64,000 bases of DNA from IMG/VR virus record IMGVR_UViG_3300033121_001394, positions 1 to 64,000 of that record; one strand, 5' to 3'. Source of the DNA: a virus (Duplodnaviria; Caudoviricetes). The notes beneath the pieces were generated by a model. The model saw nothing but the letters and a program-made list of their open reading frames with translations. It did not search any database and had not been told where the DNA came from. Positions 19,628-28,728 of this stretch are shown one piece after another. The translations under genes were made by a program, and so were the position numbers. Position 1 is the first letter of the stretch, and the number at the start of each line of letters is the position of its first letter.

Positions 19628-19637
19628 AAGTGTATAG
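19628..19637 (+). promoter_or_regulatory. Putative late promoter motif AAGTGTATAG
   Basis: Intergenic; the first G is 14 nt before the endonuclease ATG. Confidence 0.6.
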
Positions 19638-19643
19638 AAGTAC

Positions 19644-20561
19644 ATGAGACACAAACACGAAGAATCTATTGGTAAAAAATTTGGAAAATTGACAGTTATT
19701 AAGGATTTGGGATATATTAACAGCGGACATAGAGTTTTTGAATGTAAATGCGAGTGCGGGGTCATCAAAAATATCAGAGCTTATGGGCTTTATGATGGAA
19801 CAACTACAAGTTGTGGATGTTATCAACGTCATGTCACAGGGCTTCGTCGTCTTTTAGATTTACGAGGTAAAAGATTTGGTAAACTCGTTGCTTTGGAATC
19901 TAAAAAGGTTAGGCATCGAGTTTACGAATGGAAATGTCAATGTGATTGTGGAAATATACATTATGTTGAAACAAGTTCTTTAACTAGAACAAATCATAGT
20001 ATATTGAGTTGTGGATGTTTACAATGCCCAGATATTACAGGACAGCGTTTTGGACAACTTGTTGTTTTGGGAAAACATGAAACTAAAAATAAAAGAGGTT
20101 ATTGGAAAGCAAAATGTGATTGTGGTCAAGAAACAATAGTTCAAACTGCTAAATTAAACAATGGACATACTCAAACATGTGGATGCAGTCGATTACGAAC
20201 TTGGGAAGAAAGTCCGATGTTTACTGGGTGTGGTAAGGTAAGTGGTAAATATTTTTCAGATATTAAAGCCGGTGCGTTAAGTAGAAATTTAAAATTTGAA
20301 ATTACAGTAAAAGACATGTGGGATTTATTTGTCAAACAAGAAGGTAAATGTGCTTTATCAAAAATCGATATTCATTTTGAAAATTCCAAGAATTATTCGA
20401 GCAAAACCGCTTCCTTAGATCGCATAGATTCTTTAAAAGGATATACTATAGATAATATACAATGGGTTCATAAAGATGTTAATTATATGAAAATGGATTT
20501 AAGCCAAGAAAAATTTATCAACTATTGCAAATTAATAGCTAAAGCTAATGAAAATAAATAA
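19644..20561 (+). mobile_element. Free-standing His-Me finger (HNH-like) homing endonuclease with three N-terminal repeats
   Basis: Three G(K/Q)xFG(K/Q)LxV..CxCG..CGC repeats; C-terminal SLDRIDS.KGY..DNIQWVHKDVN. Confidence 0.75.
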
Positions 20562-21645
20562 TTTACGAGCAAGTTCGATTGGAGAATATCATAATTGTGA
20601 ATTCAAATACTATTTACATTATGATTTGGGTTTAGTTTCAACTGGAAACGCCGCCGCAGAAAAAGGCACATTGTGTCATTTATGTTTGGAACTTATGGCT
20701 AAAGCCAAAAGGATTCATAGATTAAAAGGTAAACGAGGAAAACCAAAAGGAAAAAGAGTTAATCCTGAATATTTACTAGATATTGTTTTCAAAAGATTCC
20801 AAAAAAATAGTAGATTCAATTTAGGCGATGAAGAAAAGGAATTTTGCCGTAAACAGGTGCAGAATGCACTAGCAGTCCCTTTTATTAATCCGCTGAATCT
20901 TAAAGTTCTACGAACGGAACACCAATTTGAGATTACAATCAAGAAACCGGGTTTCTTGATTCAGGGCACCGGAGAATATCTCAAACTACGTGGTACCATT
21001 GATTTAATCACTGAACAAGATAAGGATACTATCCATATTATTGACTACAAAACAGGAAAGTCTACCGATTGGATCACGGGCGAAGATAAAACACACGAAA
21101 AATTAAAAACTGATACACAGTTGAGAATGTATGATTTGGCTATAAAGTATTTATATCCCCAGTATAAGAATCGAATCTTCACCTTATTCTTTACACAAGA
21201 ATCTAAGCCTGTTACAATTTCCTATGATTCCGATGAATGGACTAAAACGCTAGAAGAATTTAGGGGGATCTTCAAGCAGATTCAATCGAATAATAATCCA
21301 ACTCGTCTAATAGATATTAAGGTGAGCGATCAGTGGAAATGCAACTATGTATGTCAGTTTGGTGAATTGGCCGTTAAATTTCAATCTGATGACGGTCAGA
21401 TTATAATCGAAAATTTTAGGAAGAAAAAGGGGATGGTCATTCCTGATGAGATTGTAAGAGACAATATTTCTTATAAGAAACTACCCGGTTATCCTGAAAC
21501 CGTCTGCCAAAAACTCTATAAGAAATTTAATAAACTAGGTATGGATGAATTTCGTAATGAAATGACACAGATTACAATTAACGGTAAAGTATCAGCCAGA
21601 AATGATTATTCAAATCCTAAATTAACTCGATTGGAGATCACCTAA
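20548..21645 (+). CDS. PD-(D/E)XK nuclease (RecB/AddB/Cas4-like exonuclease)
   Basis: RASSI..CEFKY, GTLCH, GTIDL, IDYKTG, QLRMY, C-terminal cysteines. Confidence 0.85.
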   Translation: MKINNLRASSIGEYHNCEFKYYLHYDLGLVSTGNAAAEKGTLCHLCLELMAKAKRIHRLKGKRGKPKGKRVNPEYLLDIVFKRFQKNSRFNLGDEEKEFCRKQVQNALAVPFINPLNLKVLRTEHQFEITIKKPGFLIQGTGEYLKLRGTIDLITEQDKDTIHIIDYKTGKSTDWITGEDKTHEKLKTDTQLRMYDLAIKYLYPQYKNRIFTLFFTQESKPVTISYDSDEWTKTLEEFRGIFKQIQSNNNPTRLIDIKVSDQWKCNYVCQFGELAVKFQSDDGQIIIENFRKKKGMVIPDEIVRDNISYKKLPGYPETVCQKLYKKFNKLGMDEFRNEMTQITINGKVSARNDYSNPKLTRLEIT

Positions 21646-22757
21646 TGCTTAATTTCACCCATTATTCTGTAGGATATGGAATAAGTCATATTGATGAATT
21701 AGTTAAAAGGGCGGCGGAACTTAATTTGCCCTATCTTACTATTACTGACCTAAATAGTCTTGCTGGCTGCCCCGAGTTTTTAGAAACGGTCAATAAAGTT
21801 AATGAGAAACGAGAAAATAAGATTGTACCTATATTAGGGGCAACCTTTACTGTTCGTTTAGGCGAGTCCTTCGGACATATAAGTTTGTTATGTAAGAATA
21901 AGAATGGGTGGCACAATCTGTTAAAAATTTTGTCAACAATGCAGGTTGATAAAGAGGAATTCTTCGAACTTAAAAATATTTTGGCAAACCTTACTAATTT
22001 GGACATAGTGCTTGGGGACTTTGAGGGCCGAGCGGCCCTTGCAAAAATATTGGGGGAAAAGGGTATTCCTTTTACTGAAACCAATGTCCAATCCAACTAT
22101 GTTCGGACAGAGGACAAAATTCTTCATCAAGTGGTTTTAAGTGGGCGGTTAGATTGTACTATTCCAGAAATCCCCCAAGTTATTGAAAAACACAAGGAAT
22201 TTGCTAAGTTCTTTGGAGAGGACATTTTTGCCCTGACTGCGTCGGCCCATCTCAACTTATCTGGCTTTTCCCCATTTTCGCTGAAAGCGAAACCCTTTAT
22301 CCCAAACTTTTCCCTAGACGGGCGATCATACGCCCCACCCGAGGCGGCTGAACTCCTTAAGAATTTATGTAGGGACGGCTGGGCGTCAAGAAAATTAAAC
22401 TGGTTGTGCCGAAACGATCCGGCCCTTAAAGATGTTTATCTTAATAGGATTAAAGAGGAGTTAAAGACCTTTGAAGAGGCCAATCTCTCTAGTTATTTCC
22501 TTATTGTCAAAGACTTAATGAAATATTCTAAAGACAATGGATATAGTTGTGGTTTAAGAGGTTCTGCTTCGGGTTGTTTAATTGCCTATTTGTCAGGAAT
22601 TTCAGACGTTGATCCGATTTGGCCTGACAAAACTATTTCTTACGACCCTAATAAATCTTTGCTTTTTTCTAGATTTTATAATGCAGCACGCATGAATTTT
22701 GGTCAAACATCTTTTACAGAATTTTCGTATGAGAAATTTAAATCTGTGAATAAATGA
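21645..22757 (+). CDS. dnaE: DNA polymerase III alpha, piece 1 (shortened PHP domain plus start of palm)
   Basis: THYS..G, TDLNSLAG, YLNRIKEE..SYFLIV, RGSASGCLIAYLSGISDVDP, LLFSRFYN; ends in TGA before PDxD. Confidence 0.9.
   Translation: MLNFTHYSVGYGISHIDELVKRAAELNLPYLTITDLNSLAGCPEFLETVNKVNEKRENKIVPILGATFTVRLGESFGHISLLCKNKNGWHNLLKILSTMQVDKEEFFELKNILANLTNLDIVLGDFEGRAALAKILGEKGIPFTETNVQSNYVRTEDKILHQVVLSGRLDCTIPEIPQVIEKHKEFAKFFGEDIFALTASAHLNLSGFSPFSLKAKPFIPNFSLDGRSYAPPEAAELLKNLCRDGWASRKLNWLCRNDPALKDVYLNRIKEELKTFEEANLSSYFLIVKDLMKYSKDNGYSCGLRGSASGCLIAYLSGISDVDPIWPDKTISYDPNKSLLFSRFYNAARMNFGQTSFTEFSYEKFKSVNK
22743..22752 (+). promoter_or_regulatory. Putative promoter motif variant GTGAATA
   Basis: The first G (22746) is 14 nt before ATG 22760 of the LAGLIDADG ORF. 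Confidence 0.4.
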
Positions 22758-23524
22758 ATATGACGAAACACGATATAGAGAAATTTGAAAAGTTGGATAA
22801 AAATTCTGCATATTGGTTAGGATTTTTATGGGCAGATGGTTCTACTGATTACCAACCTGATAAAAGTAGATATATAACTAGACTTATGTTGGCTTCTAAA
22901 GATTTAGAACATCTTATTAAATTTAGAAATTATGTAGCACCTCATAGGAAAATTTATGAAAGAAAATCATATAAAGCCTATGAGGTACAAATTAGTAATC
23001 CTACATTATCTAAAAATCTACACCATTTAGGTATTATTACGGATAGAGCATATAATGCTATTTCTTTACCCAAATTAGAAATAAGCTTAATTTCTCACTT
23101 TATAAGAGGTTATTTTGATGGTGATGGCACTATTGGTTTATATGATAATATAGACAAAAGATGTAGTACTATTGGTTTAAAAGTACAATTAAAAATTACA
23201 AGTATAAATAAAAATGTAATTTTAGAATTACATAAAATTTTAGAAAGCAATGGTATTAAAGCAAATATTACTTTAGAGAAAAAAAGAACAGTTTATCATT
23301 TAGTGTGTGCGTCTAGAGCAAGCATAACTAATTTTATTAAATATATTTATCAAGATTCAAATTGCAACATTCGTTTAGAAAGAAAATATGAAAAATCAAT
23401 GGGAATTATGGAATGGTATAATAATAAAGGAAAACCTTATAGTAAATCGACAATTATTCGACGAAGAGATACAAATTGTGGAAAAGATGGAAAAGGGGAA
23501 AGAATATTACCATTATCTATATAA
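22754..23524 (+). mobile_element. Free-standing double-motif LAGLIDADG homing endonuclease between dnaE pieces 1 and 2
   Basis: AYWLGFLWADGS and FIRGYFDGDGTI; no intein splicing blocks. Start is 22754 or 22760. Confidence 0.85.
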
Positions 23525-24254
23525 AAACATAAATTTAGATACAAAAAATACAAGTAATAGTCATATTATGTATGCTGCTGACAAAGTCACAACTATAGAT
23601 AAAAATAAAGGTGTTGTTAGAATAGGAGAAAACTTTGCGGCTCCTGATGTTGACATGGACGTATGCCCCTCTTTTAGAGAAGCAATTAAGAAGTATATTG
23701 TAGATAAATATGGGGCAAATAAGGTTGCTTCTTATATAGCGACATATGCAAGGTACGATGGTAAGGGTGCCTTTAAACAAGTATGTAGGGCACTGGGGAC
23801 GTTGACACCAGAGGAAGTTAATGATATTACTAAGTTCATGATTGATTATGCAAGAATTCAAGATGAACTTGAGGATTTAAAGCAGGAAGATCCCAAATAC
23901 AATACTTTGCGGTATAATTTGGATCACGTCCTTGCCGTGCAACAACTTTATAAGGAATACAAAGAAGAATTTGATCTTGCCGTCCGCATTTCGGACACAA
24001 TTTATTCTAGAAGCAAACACGCCGCAGGCGTAGTAATTTCTCCTAATAATTTAAATGAAAATTTTCCAATTTTTATTGAAAAAGACGGTACAAAAATATT
24101 AGGATTAGAAATGGAATGGGCAGAGTATGTTGGGGCACTTAAATACGACCTTTTATGTGTTGCTGCCTATGAGAAGATTGATAAGATTATAGAGATGATT
24201 AATACGGGTTCGAACGAGCCTGTAGTGGGAATTTTGGAAGAAGATACGGAGTAA
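23388..24254 (+). CDS. dnaE: DNA polymerase III alpha, piece 2 (catalytic palm and thumb)
   Basis: PDVDMD (two catalytic Asp), YIVDKYG, SKHAAGVVI, KYDLL (third Asp). Confidence 0.9.
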   Translation: MKNQWELWNGIIIKENLIVNRQLFDEEIQIVEKMEKGKEYYHYLYKNINLDTKNTSNSHIMYAADKVTTIDKNKGVVRIGENFAAPDVDMDVCPSFREAIKKYIVDKYGANKVASYIATYARYDGKGAFKQVCRALGTLTPEEVNDITKFMIDYARIQDELEDLKQEDPKYNTLRYNLDHVLAVQQLYKEYKEEFDLAVRISDTIYSRSKHAAGVVISPNNLNENFPIFIEKDGTKILGLEMEWAEYVGALKYDLLCVAAYEKIDKIIEMINTGSNEPVVGILEEDTE

Positions 24255-24257
24255 TTA

Positions 24258-24497
24258 ATGTTATTATTATTACCATTACATTTAACCAACCAAGAAAAAA
24301 AGTCGTTTAAAAGAATAGTAGGAAAATATATGATTGAGATTGCCTATCAAAATTCTACTGGTAATTGGCATTATTCTATTTGGTCTGAAAGAGAAGGTAA
24401 GAATAAGTTTATTCAATATGAACATTTTAAAGGCTTTGCTAATTCTCGTGAAAAAGCAGTGCGTAAATGTAATAAATGGTTAGTGAATCGTATTTAA
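24258..24497 (+). CDS. Hypothetical protein
   Basis: Tiles after dnaE piece 2. Confidence 0.45.
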   Translation: MLLLLPLHLTNQEKKSFKRIVGKYMIEIAYQNSTGNWHYSIWSEREGKNKFIQYEHFKGFANSREKAVRKCNKWLVNRI

Positions 24498-24512
24498 TTT
24501 TGCGGAGCAAAT

Positions 24513-24920
24513 ATGGAATATTTTAAAGCACAACGTTATGGTGATGCCGAAGGCAGACAGATCGAAGAAAGAACATATTATACTGCCGGAGGCAAAAAGA
24601 CCAATATTATGGATATGGAGGCAGATGCTTCCCATACTGAGATGGAACTTCCGCCCGAATATTTTGCGGTAGTATTGGTTCCGGCTAATTTGGGAATGTT
24701 ACCTGTTGTTGGTTCCAATCAACAACCTATTGGGGTTGCCCCTCATATTGCCCTTATTGAGAATTTCCTACCAATTCCGGGGGCTAAGACGCCACATGAG
24801 GCAATGCTTAAGGTTGATTCCATCATGGATGGATATAAGAAAAAGACTGAAGAGGCACGGAAACAAAGTAAATTAGTTACGGCCCAAGCCGTTCCTTCTA
24901 CTAAGTTGCATTTATCATGA
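24513..24920 (+). CDS. Hypothetical protein
   Basis: GGAG SD; 135 aa. Confidence 0.55.
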   Translation: MEYFKAQRYGDAEGRQIEERTYYTAGGKKTNIMDMEADASHTEMELPPEYFAVVLVPANLGMLPVVGSNQQPIGVAPHIALIENFLPIPGAKTPHEAMLKVDSIMDGYKKKTEEARKQSKLVTAQAVPSTKLHLS

Positions 24921-25294
24921 GTTCCCAACCTTTCACATTTAAATTTGAGGCGTTGTCTAACGACAACAAGGTTATAGATATCGGAGACATTGTTTATCAA
25001 ATGAGATGTCAAGCGAAGCAGTTACCCGAGGTAATAATCCTAAAAATTTTGGAAAAGATTCCTCAGACACGTAAGTTAAGAGTGGTGACTTTGTCATCAA
25101 AACCCACGGTATACGAAGTACATCCGAAGGATGTAACCACTGATTATAAAGCACTGTGTACCTCTTGGATTACTGATCTTACAGCCGTCGCAGACTTCGT
25201 ACCGCAACAAATTGCTGCGTTGCAGCAAGTAATACAAACGGGTTTACCCGAGGCACCGCAGGTGACTGTAGATAGTAAAGAAATAGAAATATAA
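24917..25294 (+). CDS. Hypothetical protein
   Basis: ATGA-coupled. Confidence 0.55.
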   Translation: MSSQPFTFKFEALSNDNKVIDIGDIVYQMRCQAKQLPEVIILKILEKIPQTRKLRVVTLSSKPTVYEVHPKDVTTDYKALCTSWITDLTAVADFVPQQIAALQQVIQTGLPEAPQVTVDSKEIEI

Positions 25295-25305
25295 GGAGAT
25301 TAGTA

Positions 25306-25929
25306 ATTAATCAGAGAGCAATAATAGTTACAGACACGGAGACTACTGGACTTTCAGTGGACGATGGTCATGAGATTACTGAATTGGCAGCAATTGCCCT
25401 TAATGCCCATGACTTTGAACCTCACCACGCCGGTAAGTTTCAAGTTTTTATTAAGCCCAAGAACCTAGAAATAGTTTCTGCTGGGGCTGTTAAGGTAGCA
25501 AAAGAAAGTTATGAAAAGGCTATGGCTGAGGGTGTGGACGCCAAAGTTGCCATGCGGCACTTTATGGAATTTTGTAATAAGGTTAATGATAAACAGTTAG
25601 ACAGTACCCGCCCCTACCTTGCTGGTCATAACTGCCCCTTTGATTACAAATTTATCAATGTTACTGCAAAGAAATGCGGCCTTATTAAAGGTGACAAAGA
25701 CGCCCCTTGGCACTATCACTTTATCGACACTTTACCTATGATGTTTTGTCTATTTGAGAGTGATCCAACAGTAAATAGGTGGAACCTTGATACTTTGTTA
25801 GGTAAACTTAACATGAAGAGGTCGGGAACGACTCACGGGGCTATGGAGGACGTTGAGTTAACAGCAGAGGCTTTACGTCGTATGCTTAAATTCTTTAGGA
25901 CTGCTTCTAAGAAAATGAAGATTGCTTAG
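25306..25929 (+). CDS. dnaQ: DEDDh 3'-5' exonuclease (DnaQ/epsilon-like), probable ATT start
   Basis: ExoI IVTDTETTGL lies upstream of the called GTG (25357); AGHNCPFD (ExoII); HGAMEDV (ExoIII). SD AAGGAG is 7 nt before ATT 25306. Confidence 0.85.
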   Translation: MNQRAIIVTDTETTGLSVDDGHEITELAAIALNAHDFEPHHAGKFQVFIKPKNLEIVSAGAVKVAKESYEKAMAEGVDAKVAMRHFMEFCNKVNDKQLDSTRPYLAGHNCPFDYKFINVTAKKCGLIKGDKDAPWHYHFIDTLPMMFCLFESDPTVNRWNLDTLLGKLNMKRSGTTHGAMEDVELTAEALRRMLKFFRTASKKMKIA

Positions 25930-26272
25930 CAATTTTAAGAAAGGATACGAAGTATCTATGGCAATTAAACTAGCATTACACGAAAAGGCTTCACCGAAAA
26001 AAACTAAGGCTAAAAATAATACGTTGCACTCTGTGCGACTTATTGTAGATTTTCCAGCAGAAATTACTTCAGAAGATAAAACAGTTTTGGCTAAAATGAC
26101 CAACAGATTGTTAAAGTATGTCTTTGAAGAATCTACTCCTGAAGAATTAACAAAGCGTAATATTAATGTGTATTTAAATGCTTATAAAGATAATAAGAAG
26201 AAGGAAGAGAATTATTTAGTAATTAGTACGAATGGTAATTGGACACCGATTAATTCAATAAATAAATCATGA
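25922..26272 (+). CDS. Hypothetical protein
   Basis: Tiles with its neighbours. Confidence 0.5.
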   Translation: MLSNFKKGYEVSMAIKLALHEKASPKKTKAKNNTLHSVRLIVDFPAEITSEDKTVLAKMTNRLLKYVFEESTPEELTKRNINVYLNAYKDNKKKEENYLVISTNGNWTPINSINKS

Positions 26273-26451
26273 TACCACAAGCAATACCAACTATGGAGGT
26301 TATGGGCGAACCAATCGTCCATACTACTTTGAATCATTCTGAAATTAACCTAACGGCAGCCTATATTATTATAGGTATTTGTATTCTTGGATTACTCTTT
26401 AGGATACCATTAGGTTGTAGAAATCAATCACGGGGTAAATATGAAAACTGA
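26269..26451 (+). CDS. Small single-TM membrane protein
   Basis: Hydrophobic segment LTAAYIIIGICILGLLF. Confidence 0.45.
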   Translation: MIPQAIPTMEVMGEPIVHTTLNHSEINLTAAYIIIGICILGLLFRIPLGCRNQSRGKYEN

Positions 26452-26914
26452 AGTTTTACTAGGAAATGGTGTTGGGGTGGGACCAGACATATGGTTTAAA
26501 AATCCTGTAGAGTTTACGCACTTAGATTTATCGAGCAATTTTTACCATTATAGATGGTTATTTACTCATCATTATGGTCAACATAATAATGCTATACTAC
26601 CTACTTCATATTTAAAACAGATCCAATCCATGACTGTTGAACAATGGTATCAGAGTTGTGGTGATGGTTTTGTTATATTTCCTTTAAGATATCATGGAAT
26701 CAATGAGTCTATTGTAAATTTCTATAAAGATGAAGATTGTATTGTTTGGTTAGGATATGATCGTAAAATTTTACGTAATATTGCTAAAATAACAAAAATA
26801 GTTTGCGAAGAACATTATCCATCAGATGATACTTCTTTATTCTTACGTTTGATTAAATTTAAATATACAAAAGAATATGGGGATAAACCGTGGATTAATA
26901 AGGATTCATTATGA
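26441..26914 (+). CDS. Hypothetical protein
   Basis: 157-aa ORF. Confidence 0.5.
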   Translation: MKTEVLLGNGVGVGPDIWFKNPVEFTHLDLSSNFYHYRWLFTHHYGQHNNAILPTSYLKQIQSMTVEQWYQSCGDGFVIFPLRYHGINESIVNFYKDEDCIVWLGYDRKILRNIAKITKIVCEEHYPSDDTSLFLRLIKFKYTKEYGDKPWINKDSL

Positions 26915-27318
26915 AATATGTTTTTGGACAAAAACACGCAAAATATTTTCAACATTTTGACAGACCTTATTTTACGCACGAGCAAACCATTTGCGGAGTA
27001 GGCCCTTTTTATTCTTTGGACCAAATATTATTGTGTCTACAAAATAGACCTAGTTTAGCCAATCGTATAAAAAAGGCACGGGTCGGTACCTTTATCCAAA
27101 TTTGCAATAGATTAAGTCTTGGTAGTCCACCATATGGTATTAAGGTTATAGATGATGATAGTGTAACTGAATTAATTCATAATTTAAATGAAATCAAGGA
27201 GTTGAACCGTGAATTAAATGCAACGGGGATACCAGAGAGAATCAGAAGAATTAGAAAAAGCATCGAAGAGAAAGAAAACGAATTGTTTGGGAAAAAACCT
27301 AAGGGACACTATGAGTAA
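26911..27318 (+). CDS. Hypothetical protein
   Basis: ATGA-coupled; C-terminal coiled coil. Confidence 0.5.
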   Translation: MKYVFGQKHAKYFQHFDRPYFTHEQTICGVGPFYSLDQILLCLQNRPSLANRIKKARVGTFIQICNRLSLGSPPYGIKVIDDDSVTELIHNLNEIKELNRELNATGIPERIRRIRKSIEEKENELFGKKPKGHYE

Positions 27319-27511
27319 AAAAAGAACAATGAACAATAAGCAAATTGCCCACATTGTTGATAACGAAGGTTTGGGTTATGCTATTACAGATTATATGGGT
27401 TCTGAAGATTTTAAAGATAGACATCTCGCAAAGTTGTGGGATCAGGCAAAAGAAATTTTAGATGAAATTACAGAAATACTAGATGAGGCTAATCCAGATG
27501 GAGAAAACTAA
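27311..27511 (+). CDS. Hypothetical protein
   Basis: ATG 27311 after AAGGGA. Confidence 0.5.
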   Translation: MSKKRTMNNKQIAHIVDNEGLGYAITDYMGSEDFKDRHLAKLWDQAKEILDEITEILDEANPDGEN

Positions 27512-28001
27512 AGATTATCGGCTGGATAGCCGAACAAAAGAGCAGTTTGCGGCAGATATTAAGGCGGCAACGGCCCAAGAAAAGATCCTTATGGGCCTGT
27601 ATGTAGAGTGGTTGAATAAAACGAAGGGCAGTGGTAAAGCCCCCTATTCTTTTACAGATAATGGGGTTGATAACTCGGGAGAATATTTAGAACCCGGTAC
27701 GGCCCATGCCGCCGCCGATTTTATTCTTCACAAAAAGGGTGGAAGAGATAAAAAGATCGAGATAAAATTCTGTAGGCCCGAACGCCCTGAATTTAATTTT
27801 AAGGTTGCCCAAATGGAAAAATACGTCCGAGAGGACGTTTGTATCATAAACTTTATGGGTGTTGAGACACAAAATCGTAGATTTTGTATTTTTACTCCGA
27901 AGGATTTGAAGGAGGCGTTAGCCTCTGGGGAACGTAAACGTTTTTGGCATAAGGATTGTATAAGATTTAAGACGAACCAGCAGAAATGGATAAATGTATG
28001 A
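27498..28001 (+). CDS. Putative restriction-endonuclease-fold protein
   Basis: E..L, ADF..IEIK resembles a PD-(D/E)XK core. Confidence 0.35.
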   Translation: MEKTKDYRLDSRTKEQFAADIKAATAQEKILMGLYVEWLNKTKGSGKAPYSFTDNGVDNSGEYLEPGTAHAAADFILHKKGGRDKKIEIKFCRPERPEFNFKVAQMEKYVREDVCIINFMGVETQNRRFCIFTPKDLKEALASGERKRFWHKDCIRFKTNQQKWINV

Positions 28002-28294
28002 TTTTTCAAATGCCCACCGATGATTTACTTAATGAAGTTAAAATAGCATTAGTCAATAGAATGTTATTTTATGATTGGGAAGTCGATAAACCTGATCCTG
28101 TCAACAGATTAATTTCTACATATTGTGATCATCAGAAAATTTCGGAAGGTTTTGTAAGAACAACTCCTATTAATAACAATTTAATACCTCAGGAAATGAA
28201 TTGTTTACCAATACCATTATCTCGTAAAAAAGATGTGCAGTGGTTTTTGTTACAAAATCTTAAGACTAAAGATATTCATTTTGGAGTATGTTAA
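27998..28294 (+). CDS. Hypothetical protein
   Basis: ATGA-coupled. Confidence 0.5.
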   Translation: MIFQMPTDDLLNEVKIALVNRMLFYDWEVDKPDPVNRLISTYCDHQKISEGFVRTTPINNNLIPQEMNCLPIPLSRKKDVQWFLLQNLKTKDIHFGVC

Positions 28295-28650
28295 TGGGAC
28301 TAACGCACTGGGAAAAATATTACGAAATAGATGCTTCTCATCCCAAAGAAATACGTAAGTTGCTACACAAACATCTTGGAGAGATACATAATTTAGGATG
28401 TTGGTTATTACCAAGAGGCAAGGAATTTAGAAATTACGTTAAGAGTAAGCCAATCGCCCGTAATATTTTTAAGTTTGAATCCTATGATGATATCCACTAC
28501 TATAGAGAGTTTCTTAGGTTGATCGCTAAGAAACAATATAAGAAAGCATACAAGTTATATTGGGATATGGATACTTTTCCTCGTGATTTTATCTCAGAAC
28601 AGTTTAAGACAATTTTAGATTACGCTTGGAACGGCGAACCATATGAATAA
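28288..28650 (+). CDS. Hypothetical protein
   Basis: 120 aa. Confidence 0.5.
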   Translation: MLMGLTHWEKYYEIDASHPKEIRKLLHKHLGEIHNLGCWLLPRGKEFRNYVKSKPIARNIFKFESYDDIHYYREFLRLIAKKQYKKAYKLYWDMDTFPRDFISEQFKTILDYAWNGEPYE

Positions 28651-28711
28651 ACTTGATATCTCCCAAATTAATTACGCCGATACCAAAGATTTTGCGACAT
28701 AAAATCTACTT

Positions 28712-28721
28712 AAAGTGAATA
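28712..28721 (+). promoter_or_regulatory. Putative promoter motif variant AAAGTGAATA
   Basis: Intergenic; the first G (28715) is 14 nt before ATG 28729. Confidence 0.5.
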
Positions 28722-28728
28722 ATTCTAC

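Noticed and set aside
20548-21645. Cas4 indicating a CRISPR-Cas locus
   Set aside because: No repeat-spacer array or other cas genes seen; such nucleases are ordinary phage replication exonucleases.
22758-23387. Group I intron (or ribosomal bypass) joining dnaE pieces 1 and 2, since they share a frame
   Set aside because: The LAGLIDADG ORF covers the whole gap and overlaps both flanks, leaving no room for a ribozyme core, and I saw no P7-type elements. 630 nt is far longer than known bypasses. Not fully excluded without RT-PCR.
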